From assembly GCA_045636065.1 (NCBI GenBank), contig JAZTWW010000046.1, forward strand, positions 1,489 through 65,488: 64,000 nt of DNA. Reading direction: 5' to 3'. Both the position numbers and the translations under genes were made by a program. Source of the stretch: Kiritimatiellia bacterium (lineage in GTDB: Bacteria; Verrucomicrobiota; Kiritimatiellia; RFP12; UBA1067). Positions 46,507-55,938 of the stretch are shown piece after piece (within the stretch, counting starts at the first letter, position 1; every line of letters begins with the position of its first letter). Under the pieces are notes generated by a model that worked only from the letters and a program-made list of their open reading frames with translations, did no database searches and had not been told where the DNA came from.

Positions 46507-47528
46507 CCTACAACTCCCTCTCCCGGAGGCATGTTCTCGCCAAGAAGCGACGCCTCGGGGTTTCTGCTTTCAAATCCCTGAATCCATCCGTTCTCGAACC
46601 CAAAAGCTTCTGCGGCATCCGTCACAAGCGAGTACTCATCCTCCGTGACCCCCCTGTTCCACGGAGCGGTTTCCTTGGCCAGGTAGCTTGGAGTGTACTG
46701 GCTCATGACGCTTATATGAACTTCGTTTGAAAGTTCGTCCGCTATCCACGCAAGATTCTCGACCGCCTCCTCCGCATGGCCCGGCAATACAAGAATCCGC
46801 ACAATTACGCCTTTTTTTGCAATTATACTACCATCCAAAGGGAGTCTGGCACCATTTTCAAGGAGTCTGGCACCGTTTTTGAGGGGACTGTCCCCATTCT
46901 CCGATGGGAGTCTGGCACCATTTTCAGGGAGTCTGGCACCATTTTCGGGGGCGGCTGCAAGGGGGCCGAGACGGGAGTAGAGGCTCTTCAGGGCGGCGCG
47001 GCTCGCCTCCACGTAACGGGGGGCGGAGCTTGCCGCCAAAGCCGTCTCGTTGCGGGAATATCTCAGATCGAAAAGCGCAATGTCGCAGAGATCCGCGTAC
47101 TCCTCCAAAGTCTCCACCCTTTCATAACCGCTCGAATTGTAGACGAAAGGGAGTCTGACCCCTTCATCGAGAAGCGGCTTTACCGCCTCCCTGATGGAGG
47201 GAAGATACGGCGTGGGCGAGACAAGGTTCCAGTTGGAGCACCTGTATTTGACGGCAAGCTCGCGCATGATCCCGGAAAGCCGCCCGACAGTCACGTCCTC
47301 GCCGCCGCCGCGCCAGCTCCAGGGGGAATTCTGGCAGTAGAGGCACTTCATCGTGCAATTCGAGAAGAAGATGCACCCTGAGCCGTTTTCGCCCACCAGG
47401 GGCGGCTCCTCGCCGAAATGCGGCCCCCATCTGAAAAGCCTGGGGCCGGCGCTGGCGCGGCAGAAGCCCAACCTCCCGCCGGCCCTGTCGGCCCCGCACA
47501 TCCTTGGACAAAGCTCGCAGAGGGACAT
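46503..47528 (-). CDS. radical SAM protein (PflX/COG1313-like activating-enzyme homolog) with internal heptad repeat insert
   Basis: CIFFSNCTMKCLYCQN cluster after MSLCELCPRMCGADR. ATG 47526-47528 overlaps the pssA stop. ORF-track start 47903 rejected as GC-rich read-through. Confidence 0.65.
   Translation of the reverse strand: MSLCELCPRMCGADRAGGRLGFCRASAGPRLFRWGPHFGEEPPLVGENGSGCIFFSNCTMKCLYCQNSPWSWRGGGEDVTVGRLSGIMRELAVKYRCSNWNLVSPTPYLPSIREAVKPLLDEGVRLPFVYNSSGYERVETLEEYADLCDIALFDLRYSRNETALAASSAPRYVEASRAALKSLYSRLGPLAAAPENGARLPENGARLPSENGDSPLKNGARLLENGARLPLDGSIIAKKGVIVRILVLPGHAEEAVENLAWIADELSNEVHISVMSQYTPSYLAKETAPWNRGVTEDEYSLVTDAAEAFGFENGWIQGFESRNPEASLLGENMPPGEGVVG
46832..46955. repeat. in-frame 21-bp tandem repeat (ENGARLP)x5 inside the radical SAM gene
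   Basis: Plus-strand units gggagtctggcaccattttc(a/g). Lower GC than the rest of the gene. One unit is degenerate. Confidence 0.8.
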
Positions 47529-48463
47529 CAAGCCTCCTCCACCGCGCCCTCCTGCCTCGTCTGCCCGCGAAGGTACCTGTCGCGGCTGCGGGTGAAGAGC
47601 CATATCGTCAACGGGACGGATAGGATGTATCCGGTACCGATGACGGCCATCGTAAGCCATAGATTGGCGACGAGGAAAGCTATGAGGAAAAGAAGCCCCG
47701 TCATCGTAGGCATAAGCCACTTCCGGGAGATGCGTACGCTCTTCAAGGAGATCGTCGGAAGCGTGCTTGCCATGAGCGAGCCCACGAAAAGGAGCATAAA
47801 GGACGTAAGCCACGGCGAGCGGAGCCACGCAAGGCACTCGACATCGGCCCCGTGCTGCGCAAGCGAAAGGTAGTAGCATGCAGGGACAACCACCATCCAG
47901 CATCCGCCCGGGGCGGGAACGCCCGTAAAGAAGTGCTTCCAGTAGGGGAGCGTCGGCTTTTCGAGCATGGTGTTAAATCTCGCGAGCCTGAAGGCGTCGC
48001 ATAGCGAATAGTAAAGCGCGAACGCGAGAAGGAAGTTCCTCGTGAAGCGCGACGTCTCGAACGGCATCGTGCTCGACACCCAGAAGTAGAGGAAGAGCGC
48101 GGGAGCCACGCCGAAGTTGACGAAATCGGCGAGCGAATCGAGCTCCGCGCCGAGCTTAGAGCTGCTCTTGAGAAGCCTCGCGATCCTGCCGTCGATGCCG
48201 TCGCATATGCAGGCGATGAGAAGCGCCACAAGGCACCAGAGCCACTGGCGCGGCGTCACAGGTACGCCCGAAAGCGTAAGCGCGTAGTTCTGCGCGGCGA
48301 ATGTTATCGACGTGATGCCCGCGCAGACGGCAAGGCTTGTAATGAGATTCGGGACTATCGCACGCACGGGCACCCGGTCGCGCTTCTCGGCGCGAGTCTT
48401 CCGGCGGCGGCCCCTAAGCCTGAACTTCTTCATCTTGCAATCCTCCTTAGGCGAGCCTGCCAA
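47528..48463 (-). CDS. pssA: CDP-alcohol phosphatidyltransferase, likely CDP-diacylglycerol--serine O-phosphatidyltransferase
   Basis: Motif CDGIDGRIARLL...GAELDSLAD (DGx2ARx8Gx3Dx3D). Adjacent to psd. True start may be Met11 (~48433). Confidence 0.7.
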   Translation of the reverse strand: MAGSPKEDCKMKKFRLRGRRRKTRAEKRDRVPVRAIVPNLITSLAVCAGITSITFAAQNYALTLSGVPVTPRQWLWCLVALLIACICDGIDGRIARLLKSSSKLGAELDSLADFVNFGVAPALFLYFWVSSTMPFETSRFTRNFLLAFALYYSLCDAFRLARFNTMLEKPTLPYWKHFFTGVPAPGGCWMVVVPACYYLSLAQHGADVECLAWLRSPWLTSFMLLFVGSLMASTLPTISLKSVRISRKWLMPTMTGLLFLIAFLVANLWLTMAVIGTGYILSVPLTIWLFTRSRDRYLRGQTRQEGAVEEA

Positions 48464-49178
48464 GAACCGTCTCGCCGGCCGTCATGATCTGGCCGATCTT
48501 CACTTCGGGCTTGACGCCCTTGGGAAGGTAGACGTCCAGCCTGGAGCCGAACCTTATAAGCCCGAAACGCGCTGCGCGCTTCAAGGTGTCGCCATTCTCG
48601 ACAAAGGGAACGATCCTTCTCGCGACGAGACCCGCTATCTGCGTCACTCCATACGTTTCGCCGCTTTCGACCTTGATGAGATAGTTGCACCTCTCGTTGT
48701 CCTTCGACGCCTTGTCGAGGCTCGCATTGAGGAACTTCCCGGGGACGTAGACCTTCTTGAGGATCGTGCCCGCCGTAGGCATGCGGTTCACGTGGACGTT
48801 GAATACGCTCATGAACACGGAAACGCGCCAGTACTTCTCGTCCTGGGCCTCGCCAAGCTCCTCGGGAAGAGGGACCTCGGCTATAAGGCACACTTTTCCA
48901 TCGGCCGGGGAAAGTATCGCCTTGGGATCGTCCGGCGGATACCTGTCCGGATCGCGGAAGAAGAGGAAGACGCCCCAGCTGAGAAGAAGGAGCGGCAGGA
49001 CGAGCCAGCTCACGCCCTTGAAGAGGATGGCTAGCACGAAGACGCCGAGCGTCACGGCAAGCGCGATAAGCCCGAACCTTATCCCTTCGGGGTTGATGTA
49101 CGGAAAAAGGTACGCCTTGTTCGAGAAATCGGGCTTCGATTCGCCCACGGGCATTACGGTCTGCGATTTATAGTCCAT
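48447..49178 (-). CDS. psd: phosphatidylserine decarboxylase family protein (short form)
   Basis: Start MDYKSQTVMPV with AAGGAG SD. C-terminal GETVLGRL and a TM segment. Coupled to pssA. ORF-track start 49490 rejected. Confidence 0.7.
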   Translation of the reverse strand: MDYKSQTVMPVGESKPDFSNKAYLFPYINPEGIRFGLIALAVTLGVFVLAILFKGVSWLVLPLLLLSWGVFLFFRDPDRYPPDDPKAILSPADGKVCLIAEVPLPEELGEAQDEKYWRVSVFMSVFNVHVNRMPTAGTILKKVYVPGKFLNASLDKASKDNERCNYLIKVESGETYGVTQIAGLVARRIVPFVENGDTLKRAARFGLIRFGSRLDVYLPKGVKPEVKIGQIMTAGETVLGRLA

Positions 49179-49194
49179 CTTTATCTCCTTGGCT

Positions 49195-49992
49195 TCAGGG
49201 CATCGGCGGGGGCGGCCCGCCCGGGCCCCTTCCCATCTGGGTGGCCTCGTACACGGCCTCGATTGTGTCGATGAAATCGGCGGCATCGTCGCCTTCAAGC
49301 CCCACGGTCCCGGCGGCGGCAGAAAGGAGCGCCGTGCGCTCCTCGCGCGCGGCGGCGCGAAGTTCGCGTTCAAGCTGGCGCATGGTCTCGAAGTTGGCGC
49401 GCCTATCGTCGTCGGAGAGGGATTCGTCGTCCGGCCTGAACGATGCGCGCATCTCGTCGACGGCATTTTGAAGCTCCTGGAACCTCGCATGCACGGCCTG
49501 CTGCTCGCTCGTGAGGATGCTCGTGTCGATGCTCGCTATTATGTCTCGCTTCTCGGCCTCGCGCTTCATCATGCTCGTGAAGTGGCGCTCCATCCTGGCG
49601 ATGCGGTTCGTGGTTCTCGTGTACTCCTCGGGGTCCTCCTTGGCGAGCTTGGCAAGCTCCTCCTCCGTGGGCGGACCAAAGCGCCGCTCGCCGCGCCCCC
49701 CAGGAAAACCACCGCGCTCGGGTCCGGAGACGGCGGGCACGGCCTCGATAGCGCTCTCGCGCGCCGGGGCCTCCTCGGCCTCCTTGAGGCGTGCTTCAAG
49801 CTCCTCGATGCGACGCCTGAGCTGCGGCACGAGATCGGCGCCGTCCTCGGAAGAGGCGGCGGCCTTGCGGACGCGGGTCTCAGGCCTATCCTTCACCTCG
49901 GCGTCGGGCGTGGCTATGGTGAAGCCCGCCCACCCGAGGGCGATCCCTGCAAAAAACGCAAATGCGTGGAATGTAATTGTCTTTCTGTCCAT
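49195..49992 (-). CDS. hypothetical secreted/membrane-anchored coiled-coil protein
   Basis: N-terminal hydrophobic segment FHAFAFFAGIALGWAGF, then a charged helical region and a Gly/Pro-rich C-terminus. Promoter motif abuts the ATG. Confidence 0.45.
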   Translation of the reverse strand: MDRKTITFHAFAFFAGIALGWAGFTIATPDAEVKDRPETRVRKAAASSEDGADLVPQLRRRIEELEARLKEAEEAPARESAIEAVPAVSGPERGGFPGGRGERRFGPPTEEELAKLAKEDPEEYTRTTNRIARMERHFTSMMKREAEKRDIIASIDTSILTSEQQAVHARFQELQNAVDEMRASFRPDDESLSDDDRRANFETMRQLERELRAAAREERTALLSAAAGTVGLEGDDAADFIDTIEAVYEATQMGRGPGGPPPPMP

Positions 49993-50000
49993 GGCCCGAT

Positions 50001-50009
50001 ATTATATCA
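50001..50009 (-). promoter_or_regulatory. extended -10-like promoter motif (TATGATATAATAT), leaderless configuration
   Basis: Plus-strand tattatatc 8 nt from the ATG at 49992. No SD. Confidence 0.4.
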
Positions 50010-51197
50010 TATTTTCGGCGTGTTGACCTTAACCCATTTCGAAATTCCGCCTTCGGCCGATTCGGCCTTTGCGGACTCCTCGATGGCCGTCGCGACGGCG
50101 ACGCTCCTGACGCCCTCCTCGATGCTCATTCCGAGGATCCTCTCGTCGTGCGAGCGGATCTTCTTGACGGTGCCGCGGATCTCGTCGTCGAAGTCGCGGT
50201 AGACGCGCGAAAGAGCCTCGATGTACGCATCGTTCGCGCCAAAGGGCGTAAGCGCGCTCGGGCCCTCGCCGTTGGCGCTGCGGTCGGTGAGTGTCTTCTC
50301 GGTGCCGTCGTTCTCGACGATCCTGAGCTCGCCCGGCCTGTCCTGGCGCCAGTACATGGCGGCCCTGTCGCCCGTAATCTCGAAGCTCAGCCCTTCGCTG
50401 TGCCCGACGGCAACGCTGCTCATCCTGAATACGCCGGCGGGGAGAGTCGTCGTCTTGACGAAGACGGCCGCATCGTCGGGCACCTGACGCCCGGGGACGA
50501 CTGCGCGCGCGAATGCGCAGACACTGCCGATCTCAAGGCCCGTAACCCATTCGAGCGCAAACTGGCAGTGGCACGAAAGCTCCGTTATCACGCCGCCCGG
50601 GCCGCTGTGGTGCGGGTCGGTGCGCCACAGGGCGCCCCTGTTGCCCTGGTTCTCGACGCGCCTCGCCATCCAGCCCTGCTGGAAGCAGATGTCGAAACGC
50701 CTCAAGATCCCGAGACGCCCCTCCTTGACGAGCTTGCGGGCCTTGACGAGCTGCGAGTAGGCCGGATACACCATGGCTATGCGGTATGGCACTTCCATGA
50801 AGCGCTGCTTCCTCGCGAGATTCGTGGCTTCGTCGAGGTTGCATGTGAACGGCTTTTCGCAGAGGACCGGCACATGGTTGTCCATCGCCGTCATCGTCAC
50901 AGGATAGTGGAGAGCGTTGGGCACGAGGACGCTCGCGAAGCGCGCGCGCTCCTGCGGGCTCTTGCGCCCCTCTCGCCTCAGGACGTCACGGTACGCGCCC
51001 ATGACCTGCTTCGAGTCGAGCCCATAGATTCCGGCGCTGTCGAAGCTCGACTGGCGCGTGGAACCGAACGCTCCGCTCGTTACTTCAAGACCGGCCTTCT
51101 TTATGGCCGCACGGTGCACGGCTCCCATGAAGGAGTTCATGCCGCCTCCGATGACACACAGTCCCGGACCCTTGCTAGCTGTAGGCAGTTTGCTCAT
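50007..51197 (-). CDS. Gfo/Idh/MocA-family oxidoreductase
   Basis: N-terminal Rossmann LCVIGGGMNSFMG and conserved EKP motif (VLCEKPF). Confidence 0.8.
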   Translation of the reverse strand: MSKLPTASKGPGLCVIGGGMNSFMGAVHRAAIKKAGLEVTSGAFGSTRQSSFDSAGIYGLDSKQVMGAYRDVLRREGRKSPQERARFASVLVPNALHYPVTMTAMDNHVPVLCEKPFTCNLDEATNLARKQRFMEVPYRIAMVYPAYSQLVKARKLVKEGRLGILRRFDICFQQGWMARRVENQGNRGALWRTDPHHSGPGGVITELSCHCQFALEWVTGLEIGSVCAFARAVVPGRQVPDDAAVFVKTTTLPAGVFRMSSVAVGHSEGLSFEITGDRAAMYWRQDRPGELRIVENDGTEKTLTDRSANGEGPSALTPFGANDAYIEALSRVYRDFDDEIRGTVKKIRSHDERILGMSIEEGVRSVAVATAIEESAKAESAEGGISKWVKVNTPKI

Positions 51198-51207
51198 CTT
51201 GGGTTAA

Positions 51208-51220
51208 ATCATACCAAATT
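51208..51220 (-). promoter_or_regulatory. extended -10-like promoter motif (TTTGGTATGATTT), leaderless configuration
   Basis: Plus-strand atcataccaaatt ~10 nt from the ATG at 51197. No SD. Confidence 0.4.
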
Positions 51221-51254
51221 TACCGCATCCAAATCAAGATAAAAATGCGGAAAA

Positions 51255-52925
51255 CTAAAATTTTATCCGCATATGGCGCTCCGCGCCGTACGGGAAATCC
51301 CCGGGCACGTATCCGGAGAGTCTGGGGCCGGTAAGCGAATAGCGCTGCGGATGGTACATGAATATCCAGGGGGCGTCCTCGCGGACGATCTCCTGGGCCT
51401 TGGCCCATAGCTCAGGCGCATCGGCCCTCGAGTGCGCGCTCGCCTCCATGGCCCTGTCGTAGGCATCGTCGAACGCTGCGCTTCTGTATCCCGTGTGGTT
51501 GGGGCCGGGAGAGACGTTCTTCGAGTGGAAGAGCTGGAGAAAGTTCTCGGCGTCCGGATAGTCGCCCACCCATCCCATCCTGAAAAGCTCGAGCCGCCCT
51601 TCGTCCACGGCCTGGAGAAATCCCGTCCACGTCATGAACCTAAGTTCAAGGTCTATGCCCACCTTCTCGTAGAAACTCTTGACGAGCTCAGCCTCTTCGC
51701 GGTCGGCCTGCGTGGCCCTGCCGAGCGTGTATGTGAAAGAGAGGCGCCTTCCGGTGGCGGGGTCGATCGTGTGGCAAGAACCGGTCGCCTCGTCGAACTC
51801 GACCTTGTACCCCGCCTCGGCGAGAAGGCTCCTTGCCTTGTCGAGATTGAAGGAATATGCGTAAGGAGTTTCAAGCCGCGCCGGCACCCCGGGAGGCACG
51901 GGGCCAGTCGCCTGCTCAACGCCTCCTTTCCTGAACGAGCGCCACTTCGGGAAATCGAAAGCGCAGTTGAGGGCCTGCCTGAGCTTCTTCTTCTCTGCAA
52001 GGCGCGGCGATGTGAGATTCATGCCTATATAGAAGACGTCGAGCGTATCGCCTGTATTGAACTCGAAGCCCTTTGCGGCAAGGCCGGGGTCGAGGCTCAA
52101 GGAGCCGTCGGGGTTCTGCGTCAAGATAGCGTCGCGGTAGTCCTGCGTTAGCTCGGGGAGGAAGTCGAGCTCGCCCTTGAGGAACATGAGCCACTGCGTG
52201 CTCGGGTCGTCGATGACGGAATAGACGATCCTCTCGATGATCGCGCCCTCGCCCGCCGTGGCCGAATCCCCTTCACGCGACCAGCCGGGCCAGTTGGGGT
52301 TGCGCACGAACTCCATCGTGTGGTTCCTGCGCCATCTCTCCATGCGGTACGCCCCGCTTCCAACGGGGTGAGAGCCGAAGCGCTTGGCGTACGTCTCCAC
52401 GGCCTCGTGCGGCACGACACCCGTGTACGCCATCGCAAGGAACCAAGGGAAGACGTGGAGAGAGGATTTGAGCGTTATCCTGACGGTCGTCTGATCCACG
52501 GCCTCAACGCTTTCGACGTTTGCCATAAGCCAGAGGCCGCTTGAGGCGTTGTTCTTGTCTCCAAGGCGCTTTAGGGAGTATACGATATCCTCGGCGACCA
52601 CGTCGCGGCCAAGCCCACCCTCAAAGCACGGGTCGTCATGGAACCTGCTTCCAGGGCGGAGCTTCAACGTGTATACGAGCCCTTCGGCATCGACCTCTGG
52701 TAGTTCGCATATGCCGGGCTTCAGCGTGTAGGGCCGCTTAAGGTAGTCGACTTCAAGAGGCGTCTCGTAGACGAGCTGCACGGCCGTCGCGTCGGGGACG
52801 GACGAGCTCCTTAAGGGGTCCATGCTCGCGACGCGCGATATCGGGCGGCGGAACACCGCCTCGGCGGACGCGAGCGACACGGCCAAAGCCGCAGCGAGAA
52901 AGATTGAACTTTTGAATGCCGGCAT
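51255..52925 (-). CDS. ABC transporter substrate-binding protein, family 5 (peptide/nickel/opine type), orphan
   Basis: Signal peptide MPAFKSSIFLAAALAVSLASA and SBP_bac_5-like length. No permease or ATPase genes nearby. ORF-track start at 52976. Confidence 0.7.
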   Translation of the reverse strand: MPAFKSSIFLAAALAVSLASAEAVFRRPISRVASMDPLRSSSVPDATAVQLVYETPLEVDYLKRPYTLKPGICELPEVDAEGLVYTLKLRPGSRFHDDPCFEGGLGRDVVAEDIVYSLKRLGDKNNASSGLWLMANVESVEAVDQTTVRITLKSSLHVFPWFLAMAYTGVVPHEAVETYAKRFGSHPVGSGAYRMERWRRNHTMEFVRNPNWPGWSREGDSATAGEGAIIERIVYSVIDDPSTQWLMFLKGELDFLPELTQDYRDAILTQNPDGSLSLDPGLAAKGFEFNTGDTLDVFYIGMNLTSPRLAEKKKLRQALNCAFDFPKWRSFRKGGVEQATGPVPPGVPARLETPYAYSFNLDKARSLLAEAGYKVEFDEATGSCHTIDPATGRRLSFTYTLGRATQADREEAELVKSFYEKVGIDLELRFMTWTGFLQAVDEGRLELFRMGWVGDYPDAENFLQLFHSKNVSPGPNHTGYRSAAFDDAYDRAMEASAHSRADAPELWAKAQEIVREDAPWIFMYHPQRYSLTGPRLSGYVPGDFPYGAERHMRIKF

Positions 52926-52956
52926 TGCCCAAGCCTCCGGTTGCGGCAGACTTCCC

Positions 52957-53382
52957 TTAACCGAGAAGCGCCTCAAGGGCGAGGATGTAGCCCTTCGGCC
53001 CGAGGCCGCATATCTGGCCTACGCATGCGCTTACGGTAAGCGACACGCTACGGTAGCTTTCGCGGCGGTGGACGTTCGATATGTGCACCTCGATCGTGGG
53101 AACGCCGCTCGCGAGGATCGCGTCATGCAGCGCCACGCTCGTATGCGTGTAGGCGGCGGGGTTTAGAATTATCCCATCATAGACGCCTTTCGCGCCATCG
53201 ATCATACGGGCGAGGGCGCCCTCATCCTCGCTCTGGAAATCGTCGAGCCTGGCTCCGCGCGCCTCCGCCGCAGCCCTCACCGCGCCGACTATGTCCGCAA
53301 GCGTAGTGGTGCCGTATATCCCGGGCTCGCGCGTTCCGAGCATCCCGAGATTCGGTCCGTTCAAAAGAAGTATCCTCTTCAT
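52957..53382 (-). CDS. aroQ: type II 3-dehydroquinate dehydratase
   Basis: Motifs LLLNGPNLGMLGTREPGIYG and IILNPAAYTHTSVALHDA. Confidence 0.85.
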   Translation of the reverse strand: MKRILLLNGPNLGMLGTREPGIYGTTTLADIVGAVRAAAEARGARLDDFQSEDEGALARMIDGAKGVYDGIILNPAAYTHTSVALHDAILASGVPTIEVHISNVHRRESYRSVSLTVSACVGQICGLGPKGYILALEALLG

Positions 53383-53413
53383 TGCACACCTCCAAAATCC
53401 GTCATGCGGCCGG

Positions 53414-54112
53414 TCAGCCGCCTATCGCGAATGTTCCGCCCATCTCGATGAGATCGGGCCTCATGCGCCCCGTAAGGTCGAAGGCCTGGCGCCTGCGCCA
53501 CGATTCGGCCTTCGCGTGGTCGCCGCAGGAAAGCTCTCCGGGAACGGCGACGCCCCTGAAAACGGGCGGCCTCGTATACTGCGGAGCCTCGAGAAGCCCG
53601 CCCTCCGAGAAGCTCTCCTTTGTCGTGGCGGCCGTGCCGCCGCCGAGAACTCCGGGGATAAGCCTCACGATCGAATCGATCATCGCGGCAGCAGGGATCT
53701 CGCCGCCCGTAAGAACGAAATCGCCGATGGACACCTGGTCCGTCGCCAGGGCGTTGACCCTAGCGTCGATGCCCTCGTAGTGGCCGCAGATGAAAACGAG
53801 GTGTTCCTCCTTGGAGAACGCCTCGCTGTCGCGCTGGGAGTAGCGCCTGCCGGCGGGGGTCGTCATTATTATCCGGGAGCCGGGCGTCGCGACGGATTCA
53901 ATGGCGTCGAACCAGACGTCCGGCTTCATCAGCATCCCGGGGCCGCCCGAATAGGGACGGTCGTCCACGGTGCGGCGCCTGTCGCGCGCGAAGTCCCTCA
54001 GATCGACCGTCCTAATGAAAACCTTTCCCGCGCGGGCGGCGCGGGAAAGGATGCTCTCACCCAGAAATCCCCTGAACATCTCAGGGAACACGGTGATGAT
54101 GTCAATCTGCAT
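53414..54112 (-). CDS. trmD: tRNA (guanine37-N1)-methyltransferase
   Basis: Motifs MQIDIITVFPEMF, FICGHYEGIDAR and VLTGGEIPA. Confidence 0.9.
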   Translation of the reverse strand: MQIDIITVFPEMFRGFLGESILSRAARAGKVFIRTVDLRDFARDRRRTVDDRPYSGGPGMLMKPDVWFDAIESVATPGSRIIMTTPAGRRYSQRDSEAFSKEEHLVFICGHYEGIDARVNALATDQVSIGDFVLTGGEIPAAAMIDSIVRLIPGVLGGGTAATTKESFSEGGLLEAPQYTRPPVFRGVAVPGELSCGDHAKAESWRRRQAFDLTGRMRPDLIEMGGTFAIGG

Positions 54113-54480
54113 TATTTCTTCACGAGCTTGCGCACGGCCTTGTGGCTGCAGAATGTACGCTCGGTGTAGAGCTTGGCGCGGCGGCTCGGGTTGCGCTTGA
54201 CGACCGTGATCTTCTCGACGGCCGGGGAAGCGAACGGGAAGAGCTTCTCGACCCTGACGCCGTATGCGTCGCGGGAGACGGTGAAGTTGCCGGAGGCGTT
54301 CTTGGCGCCGTTGTCGATCGCGAGGACCTTGCCCTCGAAATCCTGGATACGGCTCTTCTCGCCTTCCTTGATGCGCACGGAGACGCGGACGGTGTCGCCG
54401 GTGTGGAACTCGGGGAAGTTCTTCGCGGAGATCTTCTTGGCCTGCTCGGCGTTGATCTTGTCAATAAGTTTGATACCCAT
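54112..54480 (-). CDS. rplS: 50S ribosomal protein L19
   Basis: Motif FHTGDTVRVSVRIKEGEKSRIQDFEGKVLA. Confidence 0.9.
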   Translation of the reverse strand: MGIKLIDKINAEQAKKISAKNFPEFHTGDTVRVSVRIKEGEKSRIQDFEGKVLAIDNGAKNASGNFTVSRDAYGVRVEKLFPFASPAVEKITVVKRNPSRRAKLYTERTFCSHKAVRKLVKK

Positions 54481-54501
54481 TTCTCACCTCTTTCTGGCCG
54501 C

Positions 54502-54792
54502 TTAAGCCTTCTTCTCGGCCTTCTTGGCCTTGACCGCGTGGTGCGGCTTGAGCTGCGGGTTGCGGGCGCGGCGGATGAGGGAGGCGACCGTCTCGGAGGG
54601 CTGGGCGCCCTTCTTGAGCCAATCGTCCACGCGCTCGAGGTCGATCTTGAAGTTGTTCTCCTTCAGCGCGGTATCGTACCAGCCGAGGATCTCGATGAAC
54701 TTGCCATCACGGGGCGAGCGAGCATCCGCCGCCACGATACGGTATGTCGCGTGGTTCTTGCAACCTGTGCGACGCATTCTGAGCTTAACCAT
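54502..54792 (-). CDS. rpsP: 30S ribosomal protein S16
   Basis: Motif MVKLRMRRTGCKNHATYRIVAADARSPRDGKFIE. Confidence 0.9.
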   Translation of the reverse strand: MVKLRMRRTGCKNHATYRIVAADARSPRDGKFIEILGWYDTALKENNFKIDLERVDDWLKKGAQPSETVASLIRRARNPQLKPHHAVKAKKAEKKA

Positions 54793-54872
54793 TTTCTTTC
54801 CTTTTCTCTTCCCCTTTGGGGAGCCTTCCTTCTGTACGCGGAAGACGCCCTCCGAACGCGAGAAGTGGGTGG

Positions 54873-54885
54873 TAGTATACCAAAT
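54873..54885 (-). promoter_or_regulatory. extended -10-like promoter motif (TTTGGTATACTAC)
   Basis: Plus-strand tagtataccaaat ~80 nt upstream of rpsP. Confidence 0.4.
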
Positions 54886-54948
54886 TTTCCGCCCGGTTGC
54901 AAGTGTTTTTTAGATAAGCCGAAATTTGCGGATTTGCGTCAGGGATGT

Positions 54949-55938
54949 TCATCCCCTGAACCTGTGCGTGGCGCTTCTTGTGAAACGCTCCATCGCAGCG
55001 GCCTCGCGCGCCGTTTCGGCCTTGAGCCTCAGGTACGCGCGCCAGCGCGACTCGTCGAGCGTTCCGTCCTCGAGGGCCGCCTTTACGGCGCATCCGCCTT
55101 CCGTATCGTGGCGGCAGTCGGAAAAGCGGCACTTGCGGAAGAGCGCTTCGATGTCGGGGAACGTCTCGCCGATCCCCTCGCCGGCCTCCCACATGCCGAT
55201 CTCGCGCATTCCAGGGGTGTCGATCACGAGCGCCCCTGAAGGGAGTTTCACGAGTTCGCGCTCGGTAGTCGTGTGGCGGCCCTTGTCGTCCCACTCGCGG
55301 ATTTCGAGGGTTGGCATCAGCTCCTCTCCGGCGAGGGCGTTAACGAGCGAGCTTTTGCCTACGCCGGAGCTTCCAACAAGGGCGATCGTGCGCCTTGGCG
55401 CGGCGATCTCGCGGATGGCGTCCATGCCACGGCCGGTCAAGGAGGATATCGCAAGGACGCGCGAGCCCTGCGAATGGCGTTCGGCCTCGGCCACGCATTC
55501 CGCCCCGAAGTCCTCCGTGAGGTCGCACTTGGTTATTACGGTGACGACTTCGGCGCGGCTTGCCCTGCCGAGGGCGAGGAAGCGCTCAAGGCGCCTTACG
55601 CTGAAGTTCATGTTGGCGCTCATGAGGAAAAGGAGCGTATCGAAGTTCACAGCGACCGTCTGCGCCCGGCGCCCGGCGGACGAAGGGTCGGCCCTTGTGA
55701 ATTCGCTCTTTCGCGGAAGTGTTTCCGTTATGCGGCTTTCTCCGTGCGGATTCCAGCGGATCCGAACGAAATCGCCAGTGGCGGGCCTTTGGGCCCCTTC
55801 GCGCCTGAAGTACGCGCCCTTCTTCGTGCGCGCCACCCCCTCGCCCTCGTCGCAGACGATATGGAAGTAGTCGCCGTAGGCGGCGGTGACGCGCGCTACG
55901 CCGGCGGAATCGCCGTCATATCCCCAGTCATACAGCAT
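54949..55938 (-). CDS. rsgA: ribosome small-subunit-dependent GTPase A
   Basis: Motifs VGSSGVGKSSLVNAL, TTTERELV and zinc finger CRFSDCRHDTEGGCAV. ATG at 55938. ORF-track start 56124 rejected. Confidence 0.8.
   Translation of the reverse strand: MLYDWGYDGDSAGVARVTAAYGDYFHIVCDEGEGVARTKKGAYFRREGAQRPATGDFVRIRWNPHGESRITETLPRKSEFTRADPSSAGRRAQTVAVNFDTLLFLMSANMNFSVRRLERFLALGRASRAEVVTVITKCDLTEDFGAECVAEAERHSQGSRVLAISSLTGRGMDAIREIAAPRRTIALVGSSGVGKSSLVNALAGEELMPTLEIREWDDKGRHTTTERELVKLPSGALVIDTPGMREIGMWEAGEGIGETFPDIEALFRKCRFSDCRHDTEGGCAVKAALEDGTLDESRWRAYLRLKAETAREAAAMERFTRSATHRFRG

Noticed and set aside
51198-51254. Hairpin ATGCGGA-(15 nt)-TCCGCAT followed by a T-rich run after the SBP gene, as a terminator
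   Set aside because: The loop is long and the stem short. It also overlaps the downstream promoter motif. Left uncalled as too weak.
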